The position numbers and the translations under genes are program-made. From Flaccisagitta enflata (lineage: Eukaryota), in the NCBI GenBank assembly GCA_965153355.1, contig OZ231126.1, positions 24,986,001 through 25,050,000 of the forward strand: a stretch of DNA of 64,000 bases, in the 5' to 3' direction. Below the pieces are notes generated by a model that was not told where the DNA came from, did no database searches, and saw only the letters and a program-made list of their open reading frames with translations. This document shows positions 53,569 through 64,000 of this stretch, piece by piece (positions within the stretch are counted from its first letter, which is position 1; every line of letters starts with the position of its first letter).

Positions 53569-56500
53569 GTAGCCGTGTATCCGGCCTTGTTCAAGTATGA
53601 GAAGATTCTTCATCAGATTTCTCATTTTCAAAAGGTCAGATTTCTTTGGAAGAGGCAAAAAGTACCAAAAAATGTCAAAAAGTTATGTCGTGAACCATCT
53701 GTTCTTGGTCAGTTAATGTAAACAAGCGTCGATAATAATGCTAATCCATAGGCCGCGACAGCGTTGGTGGCAGAAAAAGTAAAATCATTCAAAAATGTGA
53801 CCGACCGACCGACCGACGGACGGACGGACCGACAAACCAAGGTGTAGAGTCGCGTGTCCGCGACTAAAAACTTTGGGGTTTTAAGACAGAAATATGCTGA
53901 AAATGCTTGAAATTTTATCAAACTTCGAAATCATTTGAAAGCCGAACCCCTCGAGCCAATTCAACGAAATCTTACATGAAATGACGGTAGGTTATTTGCT
54001 TCCAGATAGAACCAATCAGAATTTCTCAAAATGAAGACTTTAGTGGTGATTTCACTTTACTGGTGATGACAGGGTTATAGTGTAAGATCCAGCTGAGGCC
54101 AAATTGAACATGACTAAGGCAACTGAGAATCTGCTAATGTTGGAATAAGAAACATTATGAAAATGCCGTTTTTGAGATCTAAATAATCAATAAGAATGTC
54201 TACAGAAAAATTATTTATTCATCCATCATATTTTGCAGTGAATATGAAAACGAAACAACATTTATACATGCTAATCTACAAATATATCACAATTATGAAG
54301 GTACAATTTTTATGTCTTTTTATTTACTATAAGAAAGCATTGATCAGGAGTGGCTTTTATCCGTTGGCAAAGAATTCTGTAAGTAAAGAATTTTACAGAT
54401 ATATGTAAAAGTAAGAATAAATGTGCTAAAAAAGAGGTTAGGTAAGGTGGGAAAGAAAGAAAAGGAATGCACGCTCACCATATGACGTATTAGAATGAAT
54501 CTTAGTCGGTCCACGTTGTTTAAACTGAAGTCTGTGAATGTCGCATACCGCAGATATTGGATAGAAGATAAAATTTGGCGTCAGATTTTTTTCTTTCTCT
54601 TTTCTGTGTTTTTCGTTCAAACTGACAGAATCTAAAACACTTTGACACTGGCGCAATTAAAATAGAGATCAGGTTATGGCCAATATGCTCGCCTGGTTGG
54701 ATAACAACAAGTGAATGGATGAATGAATAATTGAATGAATGAATGAATGAAAGAATGAATGAATGAATGAACGACATAGTGAAAGTGAATGTGGGGAGGC
54801 AAGATAGGTGACAGAATGAAAGAAGCCGTAATCGTCATGCGTGATTTTAACTTATGCGATAGGCCAACAGACTGATAGACCAACCAACCAATGGAACAAT
54901 GGACAGACATGAACTCTTATAGATGTGGGAAGATGCACATGAAAAGAATTTTATATTTTTATACCTTCTCACCACAGTCTTGCCTCATTCTCATTCATGC
55001 TCAAATGCACATCGACTCAATATGACTCCTAAGCACTATCAGTCTACACTCAACTATAAGGGAAACGTTTTATCCTCAGAAGAATGCCCTTACTACAAAT
55101 TGAGCGAACAATCACCGACTAAATTGACTTCAGTCCAAAAACCGTGGATTCGATTCCAGTGCACAAATACATATAAATGTGGTGAGCGTGAATGTTCCAG
55201 GCAAGTTAAAACATCTTTTCGTTCTCTTTTTTTTCCATATTTTGTGTGAAATGCACTCGTACACAACGATTGAGACTCTTCGTGCATTTCGCCCTATAGA
55301 GGTTACCGAGATACCAATTTGTTATCTGCGGGCATTTTATCTTTTTTTTTTCATGTTAGAATTCTGAACTTTCGCTCAGATATTCCAGGATTCACCCCCT
55401 GTAAAGTCTCCAACTCTCGACTTTTACAGTAAGTTTTTTAAAAGATTGTATTCGTTTTCATTGAATTGCTCTCATTTACCAATAAAGGCGGCTCACGCCG
55501 TAGGAAAAAACTCATAAGTGTGAGGTTTTGGAATTTATTGTGTTTTGTCTGGTTGGTTGTCTTTTTTTTTTTCTCCGGGCATCTTTTTGGTTTGTTCCAC
55601 TCTCTACATGTGTTTCTCTGTTTGTCCTTTGTTTGCTCGTCTCTTTTTCTCTTTCTCTTTCTCTTTCTCTCTCCCATTCCCATTTTCTCTCTCCCCTTCT
55701 CTCTCTCCCTGTCCCCTTCTCTCATGTAACACGGGGTTACAATATTGTAGCGGACAGGTGGACAGAGGCATCCAACCCCCATCCACACTCCAACACCAAC
55801 CCCCACAGACAAGCATCTAAACCGCTTGTTTTTCCACTTTTCCTCTTGGACGGACAGACGAACTAACAGGCCAATGGATGGACTGATGGAGTTGAAATGA
55901 GAGAGAGACTGTGCTGTAAGGATGCACAATCATCACCTGGGACATTTCAAAGTTCAAATAGACTTTAACTAACTCGATTCCTTGTTTTTGGGAAAAATGT
56001 GAAAAATGTGAAAAAATAAAAAAAGATTTAAAAAATCATAGCTCCAAAACTATCAATTGCACAGAACATCTCCGACAAAACAGTTCCAAGGAGGGAGAGC
56101 CTAAATTTCTTCATTAGTTGACTCAACCAGGTTTTGTCAGAGCTTGCTTTTTCTTTTTTTTATTCAGTTCAAAAATATATCCCATAATATTGCCCAAAAT
56201 AACTAGCTGTAAAGAAGCAGCGCACCCACGTCATAAAAACATCAACGAATCGTCAAGGCAAGGGGGTGATGTCATATTCTGTCATTATTTTGTCATCTCT
56301 GGCCTTCCTAGCATATTCCCAAGCATATAACTTCGTTCGCTGCTCCTCTCCTTTCAGATCATCTACCAGACATGCTGAATAAGTTTCCAGAAATCAAGAA
56401 AACGCAGTTCAAAGACACCCGTAAATTGTGGAAAAGCCTCCAACGAACTGAAAACTAATCATATGAGTCAAATTAAACCAATTCAGATGGTCTATGTGTG

Positions 56501-56684
56501 TGATTGATCTGAAAAAAATGTAGAAAATCACCCTTTTGAAAATAGATTTGAACATGGTATAATCAAAAAACTGTCTACGTCGATATCTTTTTGCTTGGAA
56601 ACCATCTCTAAAAGGGAAGAATCTTTTTTTAGATGCTTCTGCCTGGCGTCACCTGAAAGAGGAAAATTAGCTCTTTCTAAGCTA

Positions 56685-57241
56685 CACCGTCTTTGGATCG
56701 GAGTGTGAAATGCAAAACCTTTATAGCTCCTAAACTACTTGACAAAAGGTCATGACATTTTCAGTGAATATTGGTAACATGTGACGTTTTTTACATGTGA
56801 AAGCTCAGATCATAATATAGAAAAGGTGAGGGGAAAACAAAATATTGAATGAACATATATTTTTTAAGCAAAATGGCTTTTTTTGACCTGTTTTTTGCGG
56901 AAGGTGCTGTTTTTCTCTCAGAATATGCAGCAAATAGATAATACATAAGTTAACATCTGTCATTGAAAATAAATCCTAGAGTTTTTGTTGAAATGCAAAG
57001 CAATTTCAAGCAGATAAAGACAACTCCTTCCTAAGGAAATGGGGAAAAATTAATCCTAATTAAAAATGGGTTTTCTTTCATTATTTTGTTATCCCCTCAC
57101 CTTTTCTATATTATGATCTGAGCTTTGACATGCAAAAACCGTCACATGTTACCAATATTCACTGAAAATTTCATGACTTTTTTTCTAGTGGTTTAGGAGC
57201 TATAAAGGTTTTGCATTTCACAGTCCGATCCGAAGACGGTG
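56685..57241. mobile_element. Tc1/mariner-type MITE with ~160-bp TIRs, inserted in a family C element
   Basis: TA|CACCGTCTTTGGATCGGA ... TCCGATCCGAAGACGGTG|TA. Confidence 0.87.
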
Positions 57242-57810
57242 TATTGATTTCATGCATAGTCTCATTCTGCCCCCAAAATGCAGCAACTTTCACAAACGCT
57301 TCATCAAAGAAAGGGAAGTCCGTTTTTCTCTGCAGGACTCAAAAAGATCGAAGGGACTTCGTCTCTTCGACTTTTTTCCAAATGAATTACTTTAACTACA
57401 GATGCGAGATTGGTTTCAAATTAATACAGTTGAACCCCGCTTTGACAGACCCGCCACTAACAAAACTCCGCCTATAATGAATGCAAATTTATAGTCCCTT
57501 TTACATGTTTCTCTTCAGTCTTCATTTCCTTTATTGGCTGTAACAAAATCCCTTGAAATCATTTTCTATTTGCTCTCATTTCTAAATCACCTTAACTACA
57601 GATCCTAGCGTTTAAGGTAGATTTCTTGTTACCCTCAAAATTTCTACAAAAAATTCAGTGAGTAGGAGATCATGAGCTGATTCCAAATCTGTGCCCATTG
57701 CCCTCTTCATCGTCAAGAAGTTGGTCAAAAAAATCAAAACATGTTTACCGCTGGTCGAAAGAATTCTGACAGAGTTGTGAACACCTCAAATCGCATGAGA
57801 AAAAAATTGT

Positions 57811-57880
57811 CTCTCTGTGGATTTGAACGTCCATCCTTCGGAATAGGAAGCGGAAGACTTACCACTGAGCTACCATAGGC
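57811..57880 (-). other. tRNA-derived head (SINE-like or tRNA pseudogene)
   Basis: Reverse complement GCCTATGGTAGCTCAGTGGTAAG...GGACGTTCAAATCC has A and B boxes at tRNA spacing. The cloverleaf stems are broken. Confidence 0.6.
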
Positions 57881-58154
57881 AGTGATGATTAATGAATTAA
57901 TAACTGAATTTTAACTCAGAAATTGATCCTGTAAAAGCCATGTAAGTGATTTCGAAATCAATTCTAACATGCCGCATCTCTGATTATGGTTACTTTGGCT
58001 TGCTGGCATTGACAGTCATCATCAGGCATTCAGGCAATGAACGTTTACACACCATGAAGCCATTCTGCATTCTTTTCATGTTGTCCCTATGTTACGCTGC
58101 CACACCTGATTTCTGGACCGTTACGTTAATGCACATTTCTAAAGCAACCACGCT

Positions 58155-58780
58155 AACGGTGACCTCAGTGACCTAATCGAAGCCTCAGTAACCTCATTGC
58201 GGCCTAAATGACCTCATTACGGCCTCAGCGACTTAACTGCGCGGCATTAGTGACCAAATCATGGCCTCGGCAACCTATTTGCGGCTTCAGTGGCCTAATC
58301 ACAGCCTCAGTGACCTTATCCCGGCAACAGTGACCTGAGCGCAGCCTCAGCAGCCTAATCGCGGCCTCAACAACGTCTTGCCAGCCCCAGCAGCCTCATC
58401 CTCACCTCAGCAACCACATCCTGCCCTCAGAAACCTAAACCCGGCCTCATTAACCCAAACTTATCAACATAATCTTGGCCTCGGTAACCAAATTGATAAC
58501 CTGATCCTGGCCTCGGCAAACTTATCTTGGCCTAAGCACACTAATCCTAGCCTCTCCAACCTGTTCCCAGCCTGAGAAAACATTATCCCGGCCTAAGCAA
58601 CCTTTTCCCGGCCTCAGTAACCTTTTCACAGCCTCAACACCCTAATCCCAGCCTTAGAAACCTAATCCCAATACTCGGCGACCTTATCGCAGCCTCAAAA
58701 TTATAGTCTCAGCCTGATTGACCTAATCCCGGTCTCAGCAACCTGATCCATCCCAACTTAGAGCAACCTAACCTCATGGA
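58155..58780. repeat. Degenerate ~21-bp minisatellite (GCCTCAGTGACCTAATCNCG-like)
   Basis: gcctcag..acct recurs at ~21-bp spacing. Confidence 0.75.
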
Positions 58781-59039
58781 CCCAGCCATGGCATCATAGA
58801 TCAAACTAGGTACATATGGAAAAATGATTTGTTAAGAACAATGATTAAACATAAATAAACGAAAACACAAAACATATTCATGAGAATAATATCGCATGCA
58901 CTTTCAAATGTCAAGTTTCCAGATCTACAAAAGAATGGAAGTACTACGTGTTGGTTGGAAAGACTGGCCAACAGACCAATGAACCTAAACAGTTGTATAC
59001 AGAGTGATTTCAATTGATCTGCATCTGTTGTAATTGTCG

Positions 59040-59107
<68 letters not shown>

Positions 59108-59574
59108 ATAACTATTTCTTCCCATTCCTTTTGCCCGAGTTGCATCAGCCTTTTTCCCTCCATCTTGAAAGTCAATTGACGTGTTTTGATTTTATTTGTA
59201 CAAATTGTCTTGGTTGACGCTTTGGCGTAAAAAGTAACACAGTTTCGTGTCTTTATACAGTATAATTCCAGAGCCTTGGAAGCTGCGTCGGCGTCAAACC
59301 CGCCACAGCCAGCACCAAAGAGAGAATGCCATGAATTGTAAAACAAAACTTCATGGCTGTAAACCTGAAAAAAGAGAGAGAGAGAGAGATATGATGGATA
59401 TCGCACTTACATCTAGAGAGCATTATAATAAAAAGAACCGGTATTTTGCTTCCCTTCATTAAACAAGGTTGCATAAATGGCTACCTACGTCGCATGCGGG
59501 TGGAAAGGGGCAGGTACAGCAATGTGTGTGGGCAGTGGCAGTTATGCACACACAAAAACACAACGCGCGCATAT

Positions 59575-59662
<88 letters not shown>

Positions 59663-59664
<2 letters not shown>

Positions 59665-59990
59665 ATATATATAATGATCTTTTATTCGTCACGAAGACAG
59701 TTCATACAACATCATACGTATAGTACTATTCTACATACAAATAAAAGGAAAAAAAAAAGAAACAAAGATTGTATTAAAATAGGATGTAAAAGAGTCAATT
59801 AATCCTCTTCAGAATGTAGGGACCTCAGAAGATTCAATGTGTCGTTTCTAAGAAAAGGCATACAATCAAGAAATTTCTTTGTACGTTTGTGAAAGATCTC
59901 AGTGAGTGAAAGGTAGCCAAGCTCTTGCCTTAAGTGCCGAACACTTTCCCATCGATCTCTGCCAAAAATTCTACGAATACAATCATATAT
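59663..59990 (-). mobile_element. 3' end of a non-LTR retrotransposon (ORF2 C-terminus + 3' UTR)
   Basis: YDCIRRIFGRDRWESVRHLRQELGYLSLTEIFHKRTKKFLDCMPFLRNDTLNLL* resembles post-RT C-termini of CR1/L2-group LINEs. It is followed by AATAAA and a (TA)n/(GT)n tail. Confidence 0.6.
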
Positions 59991-60244
59991 ATATATATGC
60001 ACACACGTTTATGTACATGTTCGGTGTTCACGTACAGTAACGGGGCCGGGATCGCGTAGGACGTCTTGCTATTTCTCCATCAACATTTTTTCCGCACAAA
60101 TTTTCCAATCAAGAAGGACATCCAGCGACTTTTCGTCCACAAAGAATTAATAGTCTCTTTGTTAACCCCTGGTCAGCATAGCGCGGCACCTGTAGTGGAG
60201 ATTGTACCATGAACAGAATTTTGCAATGAAATACAAAAACAACC

Positions 60245-61402
<1,158 letters not shown>

Positions 61403-61953
61403 ACACTTTCTCTCTCCTAATCCTGCTATTCTCAAGACGCCTGCGTGTTCTGAAGTTGAAATGATGTGTGATCGTCCACTCCCGCAGTTTGTTTCAGTAT
61501 TGGCGTTGAATCAATTAAAAAACGAAAAAAAATCATTTAGCTGAAAATGAGAAATGGAGTTCTGTAGCTGCGAATGATGAATGCAAGGAGTCATTTTAGA
61601 GAGGGTTAATATGCGAGCAGCAGACGACGAGAGGATTTACGCAGCATTGATGCTTAGTATCATAGCACGCCCATGCTTATCACTATCTCACTACATTATT
61701 GAACAAATTTTCCCAGCCATATAAGGGTTTGATATTTTTTTGGTGAATACCCTATAGGAGAACACGCACGATGGCAAAATATGATGTCCTTATATGGCTA
61801 TATGAGGAAGATGATTTTTTTTCTCCGCTCGAATAGTCGTCACCAACATGATATTCCATTACTGCATATCAGACCTCATCAGGTGCTCACTAGTAACATC
61901 TTCTCCAATCAGGACTCCACCTTAAGGTGAAAGTTGAGTCGTTGAGCTTGAGG

Positions 61954-62198
61954 CATAGTGAATGTATTTGGACGCAAATATCATCGATGGTGAAAATTGA
62001 AATCCGATAATTTTCGATTTGTACTCAAATCTTCATCAGTTCTCTTCCTCTTTCTCTTCCTCTGCCCTTATCTCTCTTCCACTTTATCTTTATATCTTTT
62101 TTCTCATTCCGACTGATGAAGATTTGAGTACAAATCGAAAATTATCGTATTTCAATTTTCACCATCGTTGATATTTGCGTCCAAATACATTCACTATG
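61954..62198. mobile_element. MITE-like hairpin with ~87-bp near-perfect arms and a pyrimidine-rich spacer
   Basis: CATAGTGAATGTATTTGGACGCAAATATC... / ...GATATTTGCGTCCAAATACATTCACTATG. No TSD found. Confidence 0.75.
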
Positions 62199-62534
62199 AT
62201 CCTAGCGTTGTCTCAAATAAGAAGTATCAAATTATTGTCCACTTCAGACCAATCTGTTATGTGGAGCTCAAACAGTTTGATGTGGATGAGACAGATGAAA
62301 CGTCTTAATAAAAGAAAGAAAACAATCAATTGAGCTGAGGTCCAGCGGATATTACTTTTTGTAGTTAAAATTGATGTCGTAATCAAACTATTCAACTCAA
62401 ACCAATGAAACTTTCAAACAAAAATGTAAATAAAGAAAAGTATAGAGACGTGATTCTCTTGCCCCTAAAAACATTCATTTTATTCAAAGCCCTTGCCTCA
62501 TATTTTCAACTTTAAAAACATTATTATCATGCCT

Positions 62535-62998
62535 TTACCCGTACATTTTGACGTCCACAAACGATACACACCCACAACCAACACCACAACCTCCTCGTCT
62601 TTGTACCGTCTTGATTCCGTAGCACTGGTAGGATCCTTGACGATCGCAGGGAATGTTGATGGTCTTGGTTTGTGCAGGGGCACTGAATCCAAGATCATCC
62701 CAATATCCGAGGTAGTTCCATGCTATGCAATCATCAGACGCAACAACCGTGATCGATTTGGGTGATTGCTCCCCCCAGAGCGAACTTTGTCTAGACGTGA
62801 TGGATATCCTCGAGACAACCTTTTTGTCGTTGAATCTGTACCAAACCGTTGCCGGGACCTGGTTTTGAGCGCTCGCGTATGGTAAGTTGTTGGTTTGCGG
62901 TTTGAAAGCGTTTGCGGCACCATGACTTGAATGCCAAATGCTATCAGCATCAGAATGTCCTTCATATTCAATGAGGCTTGGATTCGTGTCGCATGAAG
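62535..62998 (-). CDS. Terminal exon encoding a discoidin/F5-8C-like domain (paralogous to lectin exon 5); upstream exons not identified, probably beyond the window end
   Basis: Acceptor ctgtctctctcatgttttgaccag, phase 1, 153 open codons: SCDTNPSLIEYEGHSDADSIWHSSHGAANAFKPQTNNLPYASAQNQVPATVWYRFNDKKVVSRISITSRQSSLWGEQSPKSITVVASDDCIAWNYLGYWDDLGFSAPAQTKTINIPCDRQGSYQCYGIKTVQRRGGCGVGCGCVSFVDVKMYG*. AATAAA on the minus strand at 62479-62484. Confidence 0.85.
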
Positions 62999-63393
62999 CT
63001 GGTCAAAACATGAGAGAGACAGGGTAAGAGTGCTATCATCTTGGTTATCTGCGCGATTTTAGTGCTCACCATATTTCATGTAGGAGGTATATTAGTCGAA
63101 TAGTCGTATGAAATGTTGAAATTCGAGGTTATAGAAATTCAGACTAAAATTGTCTGTGAGTCACAATGCAAATGAAGATGAAATTTGATGTTCAGTCCTT
63201 ATGAACAATTTCAGACAATCATTTTTATCAATATCAAAACCTGTATTTTGTTTTTCACGCTTCTGATTATTTTAGATGTATTTCAAAAAGATTAACCGAC
63301 AGAAATTACTAATTGTTTATGGTTAAAGACAAACATTACTCAACAAAACATGAATATTTCTCACCAAAAAGATAACAAAATTTCAAACAGCTG

Positions 63394-63538
63394 TTGGGTG
63401 AAATTATATCATTACTTGTGGATATAAAATTTTGCATTTTCAAAAACATGGCCCTGTTCTAAAAAGTATTTAGAAAAATGCCATATTTTTGAAAATGCAA
63501 ATTTTTAAATCTCTATGCATAGATAAAATTTCACCCAA
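63394..63538. repeat. Imperfect palindrome (MITE core)
   Basis: TTGGGTGAAATT..TTTGCATTTTCAAAAACATGGC / GCCATATTTTTGAAAATGCAAA..AATTTCACCCAA. Confidence 0.65.
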
Positions 63539-63799
63539 GGCATGTCAGATTGGAGAAAGAAATTTTCTTTAAAAAACCAATGTTTTTCTAACATCCATCC
63601 CTATAATTCATAGTTGATATGGACTTTAAATTAATTTCAACTATATTCAACTGTATACAACAATATTTTAACTGTAAACTAATAATTATTTCTGATTAGT
63701 AAAAAAATGCAAATACACAATATTAACAATATTAAAAACAATGAGTTGACTCATGTAATTTCATCTTCGTATGCACTGTGACGTAACCTTAGCAAAAAG

Positions 63800-63983
63800 A
63801 ACAAGGCCGGATACACGGCCACCATCGGGTGGGCAGGGGCGGAAATGCGCGTTTTCCTACTTTTCAACTCGATCACCTCTACGGACCGACCGACCAACTG
63901 ACCAACTGACTGACCGACCGACCAACCGACCAACCAACGGACGGACAAAGCCTCATATAGAGTTGCGTGTCCGCAACTAAAAA
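63800..63983 (-). mobile_element. Family A short HINE-like element (intronic to the minus-strand discoidin-like gene)
   Basis: AACAAGGCCGGATACACGGCC ... TAGAGTTGCGTGTCCGCAACTAAAAA. Confidence 0.85.
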
Positions 63984-64000
63984 GAATTAGGCTTAACCTA

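Noticed and set aside
62498-62971. ORF-track proteins 62723-62971 (-), 62498-62698 (-) and 62493-62765 (+)
   Set aside because: They are shadow frames of the real exon 62535-62998, which is in the third minus-strand frame.

Overview
This is repeat-rich, intron-containing eukaryotic DNA, most likely from an invertebrate animal. Almost all entries in the ORF track are artefacts of microsatellites and transposon repeats. I can support four coding regions. (1) A 5-exon + strand gene at 25731-28066 encodes a signal peptide, a charged linker ending in KR, a C-type lectin domain and a C-terminal discoidin/F5-8C-like domain. It carries a 1-nt frameshift in exon 3 just before the WIG motif. (2) An ATG-less terminal exon on the - strand at 62535-62998 encodes a second, diverged domain of the same kind and is absent from the ORF track. 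(3) Two spliced, stop-containing exons encode the N-terminus of a Chapaev (CMC superfamily) transposase. They lie inside a 6.5-kb element with foldback-type TIRs built from 180-bp repeats. (4) There is a 3' fragment of a LINE ORF2. The rest is non-autonomous DNA transposons (Helentron/HINE-like, hAT, Tc1/mariner, Kolobok-like, foldback), two tRNA-like Pol III heads, and mini- and microsatellites. The most striking structure is a five-level nest of transposons that ends about 200 bp upstream of the lectin start codon. Family and domain assignments come from motifs read by eye; no database search was possible.
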